In this document: piece after piece, positions 1-13,105 of the stretch
Numbering within the stretch: position 1 is the first letter of the stretch
Layout: every line of letters starts with the position of its first letter
Assembly (NCBI RefSeq): GCF_963921235.1
Contig: NC_086097.1
Location: 3,286,001 to 3,350,000 of the forward strand
Length of the DNA: 64,000 bases
Direction of reading: 5' to 3'
Source of the DNA: Mobula hypostoma
Taxonomy: Eukaryota
Made by a program: the position numbers and the translations under genes
The notes under the pieces: generated by a model
Databases searched by the model: none
Told to the model about the DNA's origin: nothing
Seen by the model: the letters and a program-made list of their open reading frames with translations, nothing else

Positions 1-256
1 GAGAAATTACTTTAGTCAGAAGGTGGTAAATCTGTGGAATTTGTTGCCACGAGCAGCTGTGGAGGCCAAGTCATTGGGTGCATTTAATGTAGAGATAGAT
101 AGGTTCTTGATTAGCCAGGGCATCAAAGGGTATGGGGAGAAGGCAGGGGATTGGGGATGACTGGAAGGATTGGATCAGCCCATGATTGAATGGCGGAGCA
201 GACTTGATGGGCTGAATGGCCTACTTCTGCTCTTGTATCTTATGGTCCTATGGTCT
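1..256 (+). mobile_element. CR1 LINE 3' end
   Basis: Encodes RNYFSQKVVNLWNLLP-like ORF2 C-terminus, then CR1 3'UTR ending tcttatggtcctatggtc. Confidence 0.9.
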
Positions 257-1271
257 AACATCTCCTCTTTGCTGATGATCAACACTGGTGCACCTCAGGG
301 GGGTGTGCTTAGCCCACTGCTCTACTCTCTATATACCCATGACTGTGTGGCTAGGCATAACTCAAATACCATCTATAAATTTGCTGATGATACAACCATT
401 GTTGATAGAATCTCAGGTGGTGATGAGAGGGCGTACAGGAGTGAGATATGCCAACTAGTGGACGGTACCACAGCAACAACCTGGCACTCAACGTCAATAA
501 GACAAAAGAGCTGATTGTGGACTTCAGGAAGGGTAAGATGAAGGAACACATACCAATCCACATAGAGGGATCAGAAGTGGAGAGAGTGAGCAGTTTCAAG
601 TTCCTGGGTGTCAAGATCTCTGAGGATCTAACCTGGTCCCAACATACTGATGTGGTTATAAAGAAAGCAAGACAGTGACTATTATTTCATTAGGAGTTTG
701 AAGAGATTTGGCATGTCAACAAATACACTCAAAAACTTGTACAGATGTACTGTGGAGAGCATTCTGACAGGCTGCATCACTGTCTGGTATGGAGGGGCTA
801 CTGCACAGGACTGAAAGAAGCTGCAGAGAGTTGCAAATCTAGTCAGCTCCATCTTGGGTACTAGCCTACATCTTCAGGGAGTGGTATCTCAGAAAGGCAG
901 TGTCCATTATTAAGGACCTCCAGCACCCAGGGCATGCCCTTTTCTCACTGTTACCATCAGGCAGGAGGTACAGAAGCCTGAAGACACATACTCAGTGATT
1001 CAGGAACAGCTTCTTCCCCTCTGCCATCCGATTCCTAAATGGACATTGAACTCTTGGACACTACCTCACTTTTTAAATATTATTTCTGTTTTTTTGCGTG
1101 ATTTTTAAATCTATTCAATATACATACACTGTAATTTATTTATTTATTTATTATTATTTTTATTTTATTTATTACTATTATTTTGTCTCTTCTATATTAT
1201 GTATGCCACACATTGAACTTAACAAATTTCACATCACATGCCGGTGATAATAAACCTAATTCTGATTCTGA
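257..1271 (+). mobile_element. Rex1/Babar-clade LINE, 5'-truncated, frameshifted
   Basis: [31 protein letters not shown] motifs, KTKELIVDFRK, FKFLGV, tail aataaacctaattctgattctga. Confidence 0.9.
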
Positions 1272-1284
1272 TGCCCTCTGAAAG

Positions 1285-1470
1285 CAGTTTATATATTCCT
1301 CCCATGAGTGAGTGAGTTTCCTCCCACAGTCCAAAGACGTACTGGTCAGTAGGGTAATTGGTCACTGTGAATTGTCCCATGATTAGGCGAGGGTGGAATA
1401 GATGGGTTGCTGGATAGCACAGCTCATTGGGCCTGAAGGGCCTGTTCCACACTCCCTCTAAGTAAATAAA
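1285..1470 (+). mobile_element. V-SINE (HE1-like) fragment
   Basis: V-domain-like tttcctcccacagtccaaagacgt...aattgtccc plus CR1-like tail gggcctgaagggcctgttcc. Confidence 0.7.
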
Positions 1471-1954
1471 ACGTGTGAATAAATGCATGGAACATGAAAC
1501 AGAGCTGATGAGTTGTAAGAGTTCAGGTGAAAGGAATGCTCAAACTGGAATGTTAATTTGCTCGCTGACCTGCTGACCATTCCGAGCGGGTTTCAGTTTT
1601 TAGTTCAGGCTTTCTACGCATGTGAAATGTTTCTGCTGTCTGATGGCCGGTTCTGTCTGAGTATGCCTCTACGTGGGATCAGATGAAACAGTGTATTAGA
1701 GTGGTCAAGCCTTCATGGTCTACATCTCAGCAGCCTGGTTTTACTCCTGCAGAATGTTGGAGCTTTGTTCAGCATTAGAGATATTGTTTCTGATCCGTGG
1801 TTTGTCCGTACATTAATTTTTGTTCTGAAATATGTTTGATTCCTAACTGGTATCTGACTTCGTAGCCTGTGTGAAATGGTGGTACCTGTTAGTAATGAGT
1901 AATGGAGAGAGGGCAAATAACACTGGATGTGTATTTACAAGCCCACTCTACACT

Positions 1955-2845
1955 GAGTGAAGGCAGTATTGAAGAGCGGAGGCAGTATTGAAGAGTGAAG
2001 GCAGTATTGAAGAGCGGAGGCAGTATTGAAGAGCGAAGGCAGTATTGAAGAGTGAAGGCAGTATTGAAGAGTGGAGGCAGTATTGAAGAGCGGAGGCAGT
2101 ATTGTAGAGTGAAGGAAGATTCGAAGAGCGGAGGCAGTATTGAAGAGTGGAGGCAGTATTGAAGAGCGGAGGCAGTATTGAAGAGCGGAGGCAGTATTGT
2201 AGAGTGAAGGAAGTATCGAAGAGCGGAGGCAAGTGGAGGCAGTATTGAAGAGCGGAGGCAATATTGAAGAGTGAAGGCAGTATTGAAGAATGGAGGCAGT
2301 ATTGAAGAACGGAGGCAGTATTGAAGAGTGGAGGCAGTATTGAGCGGAGGCAGTATCGAAGAGCGGAGGCAGTATTGAAGAGCGGAGGCAGTATTGAAGA
2401 ATGGAGGCAGTATTGAAGAGCGAAGGCAGTATTGAAGAGCGGAGGCAGTATTGAAGAGCGGAGGCAGTATTGAAGAATGGAGGCAGTATTGGAGAGTGAA
2501 GGCAGTATTGAAGAGCGGAGGCAGTATTGAAGAGCGGAGGCAGTATTGAAGAATGGAGGCAGTATTGAAGAGTGAAGGCAGTATTGAAGAGCGGAGGCAG
2601 TATTGAAGAGCGGAAGCAGTATTGTAGAATGAAGGAAGTATCGAAGAGCGGAGGCAGTATTGAAGAGTGGAGGCCATGTTGAAGAGCGGAGGCAGTATTG
2701 AAGAGTGGAAGCAGTATTGAAGAGCGGAGGCAGTATTGAAGAGTGAAGGCAGTATTGAAGAGCGAAGGAAGTATCGAAGAGCGGAGGCAGTATTGAAGAG
2801 TGAAGGTGATATTGAGGAGCGGAGGTAGTGTTGAAGAGCGGAGGA
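1955..2845. repeat. 19-bp minisatellite (gaggcagtattgaagagcg)n, about 47 copies
   Basis: Direct head-to-tail repeat with point variants. Confidence 0.97.
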
Positions 2846-2849
2846 GATC

Positions 2850-3139
2850 TTATTTTTATTTATTCGCAGATACAGCATGGAATAGGCCCTTCCGGCCCTT
2901 TGAGCTCTGCCACCCTGCAACACCCACTATAACACTAGCTGAATCACCGGACAATTCACAATGACTAATTAATCTACAAACCTTTGACTGTGGGAGGAAG
3001 TCAGAGCACCTGGAAAAGCCCACACATTCCATGGGGAGAATATACGAACTCTTCATCAGTGACATCGGAGTTGAACTACGAACTCCAAAGGCCTGAGCTG
3101 TAATAGCACCCCACTAACCACTAAGTTACCATGGTGACC
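2850..3139 (-). mobile_element. V-SINE (HE1-like)
   Basis: Reverse complement has tRNA-like head, V domain and CR1-like tail. Confidence 0.75.
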
Positions 3140-3199
3140 AGACCACGGTGTCTCAATGTCAGATCAACGACTCTGACAGCACTGAGCACATTGCAGAGA

Positions 3200-3997
3200 G
3201 TCAGATTTATTATCACCAGAATTACTGTATGTTAAAAAAAGTGAAGTCGTGTCCAAGGGTTCAATCTCCACTTAGGAATCGGATGACAGAGGGGAAGAAG
3301 CTGTTCCTGAATCACTGAGTGTGTGCCTTCAGGCTTCTGTATCTCCTACCTGATGGTAACAGTGAGAAAAGGGCATGCCCTGGGTGCTGGAGGTCCTTAA
3401 TAATGGACGCTGCCTTTCTGAGACACCGCTTCCTAAAGATGTCCTGGGTAATTTGTAGGCTAGTACCCAAGATGGAACTGACTAGATTTACAACCCTCTG
3501 TAGCTTCTTTCGGTCCTGTGCAGGATCCCCTCCATACCAGACAGTGATGCAGCCTGTCAGAATGCTCTCCACAGTACATCTATAGAAGTTTTTGAGCGTA
3601 TTTAGTGACATGCCAAATCTCTTCAAACTCCTAATAAATTATAGACGCTGTCTTGCCTTCTGTATAACTGCATCAATATGTTGGGACTAGGTTAGATCCT
3701 CAGAGAGTTTGATGCCCAGGAACTTGAAGCTGCTTACTCTCTCCACTTCTGATCCCTCTATGAGGATTGGTATGTGTTTCTTCATCTTACCCTTCCTGAA
3801 GTCCACAATCAGCTCTTTTGTCTTACTGCCATTGAGTGCCAGGTTGTTGCTGTGACACCACTCCACTAGTTGGCATATCTCACTCCTGTACGCCCTCATT
3901 GCCACCTGAGATTCTACCAACAATCGTATCATTGGCAAATTTGTCGATGGTATTTGCACCATGCTTAGCCACACAGTCATGGGTATAGAGAGAGTAG
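3200..3997 (-). mobile_element. Rex1/Babar LINE 3' fragment
   Basis: ORFs 3312-3626 and 3687-4016 match the Rex1 copy at 257-1271. Confidence 0.9.
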
Positions 3998-4059
3998 AGA
4001 AGTGCACACTTCCCATAAGTTTTTTTTTTCTTTCTGTTCTTTATACCTGCTCACTGAGG

Positions 4060-7000
4060 ACAGTAGAGATGCCAGGCAGGATCATTGAATGCTTTTCTTG
4101 TGGGATGGCAGGGAGACCTTCATTGTCCCTGACGACTACAACTGCGAGAAGTACATCCAGCTGCAGCTTCTAACAAGCCACATGAAGGAGTTGGAGCTGG
4201 AACTGGATGAACTTCGGATCATTCAGGAGGCTGAGGGGGTGATGGACAGGATATTCTGAGAGGTTGCTATATCCCATGTGCAGGGCACAGGAAACTGGGG
4301 GACAGTCAGGAAGGGAACGGGGTTAAGGAGCCAGTGCAGAGTGCCCTTTGGCCATCCCCTCAAGCACAGGTATAACATTTAGGGGCATGGGAGAATGACC
4401 ATATAGAGGAAAGTCACAGTGGGTGAGTCTTTGGCACTGAGTCTGCCTCAGAGACTCAGAAGGGAAGGGGGAAAGGAGGCATGCTGTGGTGAGAGAGGAT
4501 TCATTAGTTAGGGGAATGGACAGGAGGTTCTGTGGGTGAGAAATAGATTCCCATATGGTATGTAGTCTCCTGGGTGCCAGAGTCTGGGACATCTCAGATC
4601 GAGTCCTCAGCTTTCTTAAGTGGGAGGGTGAACAGCCAGAAGTCGTAGTCCATGCGGGTACCAACGATGTGAGTGATGGGGTTCTGCAGAGGGAGTTCAG
4701 GGATCTGAATGCTAAGGACCTCCAGGGGTTGTGATCTCAGGATTGCTATCCATGAAATGGGCAAGTGAGGCCAGAACAAGAAAGATTATACAGTTTAACA
4801 TGTGGAGGTGATGCAGGAGCGAGGTTCCAGGTGAGCTGGGACCTGTTCAGAAGGGACTGCTTGCACCTGAACTAGAGGGGGACTAACATCCCACTGGGAA
4901 GGTTTGTTAATGCTGCATGGTGGGGTTTATACTAGAGTTGCAGGGGATGGGGAACAGAGTAACAGAACAGTTACTGGAGAGGTTGTGGAGGCAGATGTTG
5001 GTAAGACCTCAGACAAAGTTAGGATTCAAAAGGTTGTGCATGGTGCGACTAGTGTCCTGAGCTGCGTATGTTTCAATACAAGAAGTATCGTAGGAAAGGC
5101 GGATGATAGTGCTGAAGATGAGGTAGCTGGTTTACAAACAGAGGCGATGTGTAGTGAGGAGAGGCTGCTGATAGGAAAAAATTGCAGTCAACGGGATGAG
5201 TTGCAATGTAAGAGGCGGACAAAATTGAAAAGGGTGAATGCAGGACTGAAGGTGTTATATTTGAAAGCACGTGGTATACAGAATAAGATAGATCAACTTG
5301 TAACAAAGTTGCAGATTGACAGATATGATGTTGTAGGCATCACTGAATTGTGGATGAAAGAAGATTATAACTGGGAGCTTAATGTCCAAGGATACACATT
5401 ATATCGAAAGGGCAGGCAGGAAGGTGGGGTGTGAGGTGGGATTACTCTGATGGTAAAAAATGAAATCAAGTTATTCGAAAGTGACGGAGGATGAGAGGTG
5501 ACCTGATAGAGCTGTATAAGATGAAGGCATTGATCGTGTGGATAGTCAGAGGCTTTTTCCCAGGGCTGAAATGGCTAGCATGAGAGGGCACAGGTTTAAG
5601 GTGCTTGGGAGTAGATACAGAGGAGATGTCAGGGGTAAGTTTTTTACTCAGAGAGTCGTGGGTGCGTGGAATGGGCTGCCGGCAACGGTGGTGGTGGCGG
5701 ATACGATAGGGTCTTTTAAGAGACTTTTGGATAGGTACATGGAGCTTAGAAAAATAGAGGGCTATGGGTAACCCTAGTAATTTCTAAGGTAGAGACATGT
5801 TTGGCACAACTTTGTGGGCCGAAGGGCCTGTATTGTGCTGTAGATTCTCTATGTTTCTATGAAAGAAGTGACATCAGTTCAGAAGGTGTTGAATCATTGT
5901 GGATAGAGCTAAGGAACTGCTAGTGTAAAAAAAACCCTGACGGGGTTTGTATACAGACCCCCGTTGAGGATGTGGCCAACAAATTGCAACGGGAGGTAAA
6001 AATACATGCCAAAAGGGCAATGTTACAATAGTAACGGGGGACTTTAATATGCAGGTAAATTGTGAAATCAGGTCAGTGCTGGATTCCAGGAGTGGGAGAT
6101 TCTGGAGTGCCTCCGAGGTGGCTTTAGAGCAGATCATGGTTGAGCCCACTAGACTATCAACTACTCTGCACTGGGTGTTGTGCAATGAACAGGAATTGAT
6201 TGGAGAGTTTAAGGTAAAAGAACTCTCAGGGCAAGTGATCATAATATGATCGAATTCACCCTGAAATTTGAAAAGGAGAAGCTGAAGTCAAATGTAACAG
6301 TATTAAAGTGGAATAAAGGGAATTACAGAGGCTTGAGCGAGGAGTTGGCCAGAATTAATTGGAAAAGAACGCTGGCAGGGATGATGGCAGAGCAGCAATG
6401 GCTAGAAAGTCTGGAAGCAAATTGGAAAGCACAGGATATATACATCACGAAGAGGAAGGACTATTCTAAAGGAAAGATGACACAACCATGGCTAACGAGA
6501 GAAGTCAAAGCCAACATAAAACCAAAGAGAGGGCATATAATGGAGCAAAACTTAGTGGGAAGTTAGAGCATTGGGAAGCTTTTAAAAACCAACAGAAGGC
6601 AACAAAATAGCATTTTAGAAGGTAAAGTAAGCTAAGAATAATATTAAAGAGGATACCAAACGTTTCTTAAGATACATAAAGTGTAAAAGAGAGAGGAGAG
6701 TAGATATCGTACTGTTAGAAAACAGTGCTGGAGAGGTGGTAATGGGGGACAAGGAAGTGGCAGATGAACTGAATATGTATTTTGCATCAGTCTTCATGGT
6801 GGAAGACACTAGCAGTATAGTGGCAATTCCAGGTGTCAGGGGTCAGGAAGTATGTGAAGTTACCATTACTAAAGAGAAGGTTCTTGGGAAAATGAAAGAT
6901 CTAATGGTAGATAAGCCACGTGGACCAGATGGTGTTCATCCCAGGGTTCTGAAAGAGGTGGCTGAAATGATCATGAAGGCTTTAGTATTGATCTTTAAAG

Positions 7001-8428
7001 AATCACTAGGTTCTGAAATGGTTTTGGAAGACTGGAACATTGTAAATGTCACTCCACTCTTCAAGAAGGGAGAGAGACAGAAGAAAGGAAACTATAGGGT
7101 AGTTAGTCCAACCTCAGTGGTTGGGAAGATGTTGGGGTCGATTGTTAAGGTACTCGGAGGCACATAATAAAATAGACCATAGTCAGCATGATTTCCTCAA
7201 GGGAAAATCTAGCCTAACAAGCAGGGTAGACAAAGGAGAGTCAGTTGATGTTGTGAACTTGGATTTTCAGAAGGCCTTTGACAAGGTACCACACTTGAGA
7301 CTAGACTGCTTAACAAGCTACAAGCCCATGGTATTATAGGAAAGATTCTAGCATGGATGAAGCAATGGCTGATCGGCAGGAGGCAAAGAGTGGGAATAAA
7401 GGGAGCCTCTTCTGGTTGGCTGCTGGCCGGTGACTAGTGGTGTTCCACAGGGGTCTGTGTTGGGACCGATTCTTTTTATGTTATATGTCAGTGACTTGGA
7501 TGGTGGAATTGATGGCTTTGTGGCAAAGTTTGCAGACAATATGAAGTTAGGTGGAAGGGTTAGGTAGGCAGATAGTTTTGAGGGAGTAGAGAGGCTACAG
7601 AGGACTTTGATTCGGAGAATGGGCAACAAAATGGCAGGTGGAATGTAGTGTCTGGAAGTGTATGATGATGCACTTTGGTAGAAGAAATGAAAGTGTTGAC
7701 TATTTTCTAACCGAAGAGTTAGAGAAACTGAATTGTAAAGGGACTTGGGAGTCCTTTTCCAGGATTCCCTAAAGGTTAATTTGCAGGAAAGGAAGGTGAA
7801 TGCAATGTTTGCATTCATTTTAAGAGGACTAGAATATAAAAGCAAGGATGAGACTTTATAACACACTGGAGAGGCCTCACTTGGAGTATTGTGAGCAGTT
7901 TTAGGCCCCTTAGCTTAGAAAGGATGTGCTAAAACTGGAAAGGGTTCAAAGGAGGTTCACAAAAATGATTCCAAGATTGAATGGCTTGTCATATGAAGTG
8001 TGTTTGATGGCTCTGGGCCTGTATTCACTAGAATTCATAAGACTGAGGGATATCCTCATTGAAACCTATCGAATGGTGAAAGGCTGTGATAGAGTGGATG
8101 TGGAGAGGATGTTTCCTATGGCAGGAGAGTTTAAGACTAGAGGACACAGAATAGAGAGGTGTCCTTTTAGAAAGGAGATGAGGAGGAATTCCTTTAGCCT
8201 GAGAGTGGTGAATCTGTGGAATTCATTGTAGCTGTGGAGGCCAAATCTTTCTGTATATTTAAGAGGGAGGTTGATATATTCTTGATTGTCAGTGCATAAA
8301 GGTTACGGGGGGAAGGCAGGAGTTTGAGGTGGAGAGGAAAACTGAATCAACCCTGATGGAATGGCAGAGCAGACTCGATGGGCCAAATGGCCTAATTCTG
8401 CTCCTATATCTTATGGTCTTATTGTCTT
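4060..8428 (+). mobile_element. Near full-length decayed CR1 LINE (ORF1 Cys motif + esterase; ORF2 APE endonuclease + RT)
   Basis: ORF1 IECFSCGM, EDSLVRGMDRRFCG, VVVHAGTNDV; ORF2 YDVVGITE, GDFN, DFQKAFDKVPH, KFADN; CR1 tail; many stops and frameshifts. Confidence 0.9.
5486..5860 (+). mobile_element. Nested CR1 3' fragment inside the CR1 endonuclease region
   Basis: ORF 5538-5771, tail tctatgtttctat, aagtgac repeated at both junctions. Confidence 0.88.
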
Positions 8429-8574
8429 TTCTGAAGTGACTTTTGGAATAGACTTTAAATTAGTCTGTTGTGAAGTACTTATCACTGTTCTGGAGATCGT
8501 GTCTGTACATAGTAAACGGCATTTGAAGTCAAACCCAAGTATGTCAATAATTTGCAAAGCTGGATTTCTTGAGT

Positions 8575-9025
8575 AAATTTCTAAAGCTGTACTGTGTAGA
8601 GCATTCTAACTGGTTGCATCACCATCAAGTATGGTGGGGCCACTATACAGGATCAGAAAAAGCTGAAGAGAGTCGTAAACTCAGCCAACTCCATCGTGGG
8701 CACTGGTCTCCCCATCACAGAGGTCATCTTCAAAGGGCAATGCCTCAGAAAGGTGGTGTCCATTTTTAAAGGAGCCCCATCACCCAGGACATGCGCTCTT
8801 CTCATTGGAGGAGGTACAGGACGCTGAAGCCACACACTCAATGTTTCACAAATGGCTTCTTCCCCACTGCCATCAGATTTCTGAACGGGCAATGTGCACT
8901 ACCTCACTATTTTTGCTTTCATCTTGCACTCCTTCTTATTATTTATCGTTCTGCATTATACTGCCGCTACAGAACAAAAAATTTCATGACATATGCCAGT
9001 GATATAAAACCTGATTGTAATTCGG
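8575..9025 (+). mobile_element. Rex1-like LINE 3' end, old
   Basis: RRYRTLKPHTQCFTNGFFPTAIRFLN; tail aaacctgattgtaattcgga. Confidence 0.8.
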
Positions 9026-9374
9026 ATTTCTCTTTAATAAGTGTCTTTAGTTATATCTGTCCCAAGGCTTGGTGCATTTGTTCCTCATGGGTAACATCAG
9101 TAATTATTTATCTTTTAGCTTCAGGCCAGTAAGTGTGCTGATGAGGTTAGGGAGTTCAAACGTTTAAAACACACAATCATCCTCCAGCCATTTAACAACT
9201 AACTACCATCTGGCCTCAGCCAGTTCCAAATTCATGGAGATTGAGACTCTCCTCATTTGCTGACCCTGTTCATCCACTGCAACACTTTCAACTCATCCTG
9301 TCAGCAACTTGCCCCATTGAAATTTATAAATTTAACCTCATTCTATTAGCAAATTAATTCAAAAGATTCAAAAT

Positions 9375-9890
9375 TGTTTAATGCCATTTCCCATACATGA
9401 ATGTAATGAAGTTCAAAGTAATTGTTATTGCAGATTCGATGCAGCACAAAAAACACAAGTTAAAGACATAACAATGAAAAAAAACAAATATAAATAAATA
9501 AGATAGCCTATATACACTGATTAACTTAATGTCCATAAAGTGACACTTGGCACAGGAGTGTTTGTACATAAGGTGACTCTGACGGGAAATGATAAAATTA
9601 TAAAGTATGGTGGGGTGGGTTAGTGGGTGGAGGTGTTGATCAGCCTCACTGCTTGGGGAAAGTAACCGTTTTTGAGTCGGGGGGTCCTGGCTTGGATGCT
9701 AAGTTGCCTCCTTTCTGGTGGGAGTGGGACAAACAGTCCATGAGCGGGGTGGGTGGAATCCTTCATGGTGTTACTGGCCCCTTTCTGTACGTATGTCCTT
9801 GATGGCAGGTGGGCAGGTGCTGGTGATGTGCTGTGCCGAGCTTCCTGGCTGCCGCAGTGCGGTTTCCATACCAGCGATGGTTTACCACGT
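9375..9890 (-). mobile_element. Rex1-like LINE 3' end and UTR, old
   Basis: Reverse strand resembles the C-terminus and UTR of other Rex copies in the window. Confidence 0.6.
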
Positions 9891-10309
9891 GCTGCATTAC
9901 TTGACCAGGATCCTTGCAGAATGAGACATCAATGATTTGCATAATATACCTAATTCTATAATTGGTAGCTGGTACAAATGAAAAGTAGAGATTTTAAATG
10001 TAACAGTGGGTGGTAGAAAATTAACTGCGTTTACTTGATAAAAGCTAGTTTAGCTACTTGTGAAGAGATTCATTACCCTCCCGCGATTCTCATGGTAATG
10101 GAACCTTTCAAAATATTAAAAGACTCAGGAGGACAGCAGAACTGAACAGCTGGAAATCTATTTCGAGACAGCCCAGAAAGTGGTAATATTTGGAATGAGA
10201 GTTGTTAATGAAAATCAACATCTAATCAGGGATTCAGATCTATATGCTCTCGTTATTGCTTGTCTTAGAAAATAGAATCCAGCCATTAAAAACAAGAAAA
10301 AAAACAAAA

Positions 10310-11100
10310 AGGGCCCTTCTGGCCTTTCGAGCCTATTCACGGGACAGTTTACATTGATCAATTAACCTGCCAACCAGAGGAAACCAGAGCACCCAGAGAA
10401 AACCCGTACGGTCACAGGGAGAATGCACAAACTCCTTACAGGCAATGTTGGGATTTGAACCAGAGTTAGCTGTACTGTAAAGCATATGCTAACCACAATG
10501 CTACCGTCATTCTAGGCAGATTCTAGAGTAGGGTATATGGTTGGCACAACATTGTGGGCTGAAGGGCCTGTAATGTGCTGTAGATTTCTATGTTCTATGT
10601 AATGTCCTCTTATCACTTCTACCAGCAGGGAGGAGGTACAGAAGCCTGAAGACACATTCTCAACATTTTCGGAACAGCTCCTTCCCCTCTGCCATCACAT
10701 TTCTGAATGGACAATCGAACCATGTATACTACCTCTATATTTTTTATCTTTGCTAATATATTTATAAACAGGATTTTTCCTCTGAGGTTGGATGGGACTA
10801 TAACTAGAGGTCATGGATGAAGGGTGAAAGGTGAAACGTTTAAAAGAAACATGAGGGGAAACTTCTTCACTCAGAGGGTCACGTGAATGTGGAATAAGCT
10901 GCCAGCACTGTCAAAGGGAACATCTTTCCTGAAAATGGTCTCTCAAATTCTTTCTGATAGTGTGAATGAGTCCTCTTCTCATTCTTCTAAACTCTGAATA
11001 TAATTAGAGTAAAACTTCATCCTGATTTTGAGAAGTTTGTGAAGATTTGGTATGACATCTAAAACTTTGACAAGGTTTTATAGATGTTTAATGGAGAGTA
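10310..11100. mobile_element. Cluster of short V-SINE (-), CR1 (+) and Rex1 (+) fragments
   Basis: V-SINE 10310-10508; CR1 tail 10520-10600; Rex 10605-10750; CR1 10770-10905; Rex 11010-11100. Confidence 0.65.
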
Positions 11101-11114
11101 TCACAGTCACAGTT

Positions 11115-11366
11115 TGTGTGGGCACGTGGCCAAGTGGTTAAGGCGTTCGTCTAGTAATCTCAAGGTCAAGGTCGCTGGTTCGAGCCTCAGCTGTGGCACC
11201 GTGTTTGTGTTCTTGAGCAAGGCACTTAATCACACATTGCTCTAGTGTCTGTGCGAGGAGTGGTGCCCCACACAGACTTCCAATCTGCGCCTTGTAAGGC
11301 ATGAAAATGCCCGACGCAGGCCTCTCATCGTCTGAGTTGACATTCCACCGCCCGCCCCCCCCCCCC
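11115..11366 (+). mobile_element. tRNA-derived CORE-SINE
   Basis: A box tggccaagtgg, B box ggttcgagcc, CORE-like gtgttcttgagcaaggcacttaa; atcacagtca at 11100-11109 and 11367-11376 (probable TSD). Confidence 0.8.
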
Positions 11367-11729
11367 ATCACAGTCAGAAAGACTGGTGGCAAAGGACTGG
11401 TCTTTTGTACCCTGGTTAAATGCCCCAGTTGGTGCAGTTCATTGATTCTATTGTGGTATTATTCTATTATGCATTTATTGCGTATGCCTGCAACAAAATG
11501 AATCTCAGGGTTGTATATGGTGACAAATATGTACTTTGATAATAAATTCACTTAACTTTGATTATGAAATGCTGGAAATGTGTAACAAGATCAATGGTTT
11601 GGAACTGTTCAGACAGCCTGCCATTCTGTTCAACAAGGGAATTTTGATCGAGAATGAGAATCCATTTCTCCTCTATAGATCTATCACCTTAGTTTTCCAT
11701 CTGAAACAGAGTTCAAAATTAATTTAGTA

Positions 11730-12079
11730 TTAAAGTACATATATGTCACTATATACAACCCTGAGATTAATTTTCTGGTGGGCATTCACAGTGAATAGAA
11801 GAAACACAAGAGAATCATTGAAAGACTGCACCCAACAGGATGGCCAGTAACCAATGTCCAAAGAAACCCACAAACTGTGCAAATACAAAAAGAAAGAGAA
11901 AATAAATAAATAAATAAATAAATAAGCAATAAATATTGAAAACCTGAGATGAAGAGTGCTTGAAGGTGAATCCATTGGTTGTGGGAACAGTTCAGTGTTT
12001 GGGTAAGTTAATTTGAGTGAAGTTATCCCCTCTGGTTCAAGACCCTGATGGTTGAGGGGTAATAGCTGTTCCTGAACCT
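11730..12079 (-). mobile_element. Rex1-like LINE 3' UTR
   Basis: Reverse complement of the UTR type seen at 23700-24105. Confidence 0.7.
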
Positions 12080-12689
12080 TGTGATGTATGTGGAGTGTTT
12101 AATATTTGACTGATACTTTGAGTGGTGTCTGAAAAGAGGATGCTGTCCAAGTTGCATGCCATCTTGGACAATGTCTCCCATCCACTACATAATGTACTGG
12201 TTGGGCACAGGAGTACATTCAGCCAGAGACTCATTCCTCCGAGATGCAACACAGAGCATCATAGGAAGTCATTCCTGCCTGTGGCCATCAAACTTTACAA
12301 CTCCTCCCTTGGAGGGTCAGACACCCTGAGCCAATAGGCTGGTCCTGGACTTATTTCCTGGCATAATTTACATATTACTATTTAACTATTTATGGTTTTA
12401 TTACTATTTATTATTTATGGTGCAACTGTAACGAAAACCAATTTCCCCCGGGATCAATAAAGTATGACTATGACTATGACTATGACTATGATAATGTAGA
12501 TACATTGTTTGATTAAGCATCTTTATTAGTTTACATGTCATTATGGGTTATATGTAAGAAGCATATGAATGACATATGACATTACACCATCGTGTCATAT
12601 GTGAGCGTCTGACTAAAAGAAAAAGGGCACACGCATCCCTGCTCCTGTATTTTTCTTTCGATTTGTTTATGGAAGTATAAAACATAACA
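12080..12689 (+). mobile_element. Gypsy-type LTR remnant interrupted by a Rex insertion
   Basis: TG...CA ends; 12510-12600 resembles the LTR at 63000-63090; followed by PBS-like gtagtgacc. Confidence 0.55.
12110..12491 (+). mobile_element. Rex1/Babar LINE 3' end with (atgact)n tail
   Basis: ORF 12122-12337 matches the C-terminus of the element at 59755-61785. Confidence 0.88.
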
Positions 12690-12879
12690 GTAGTGACCAG
12701 GTAATTTTAAAACAAACCCAAGTAGAACGTATTTTACTTTGGACCCACAAAGCAAAGTCCCCCTGGATCCCATGCCTCCTTACTTTCTCAATAAGCCTTG
12801 CATGGGGTACCTTGTCAAATGCCTTGCTGAAATCCATATACATTACATCTACTGCTCTACTTTTATCAATGTGTCCAGA

Positions 12880-13105
12880 AAAAAAAGGAAAGGAAATTGC
12901 CCTTTAAACTCACAGAGGGCACAGGCCATCAACTTTTTGCTGTTGATGTTTCTGTAGCAGGCAATTTCTTTTTTACGAGGTCGAGTTGCTAGCTCGACGA
13001 TCAACCCAGCACAGATGGAAAGCGTGCCTGGGGAGCTGACTGGGTTCGAACTCGGGAGCCTTCGCTCTGAAGTCTGGCACTGATGCCACTACACCACCAA
13101 CCAGC
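12880..13105 (-). mobile_element. tRNA-Pro-derived SINE
   Basis: Head and gtcgagctagcaactcgacctcgtaaaa body shared with 27098-27355. Confidence 0.75.

Noticed and set aside
1955..2845. CRISPR-like array
   Set aside because: Head-to-tail units without unique spacers, no cas genes, vertebrate context
1889..2923. 344-aa repetitive ORF on the minus strand
   Set aside because: Artefact of a 19-bp repeat that lacks stop codons on that strand; overlapping frames are also open
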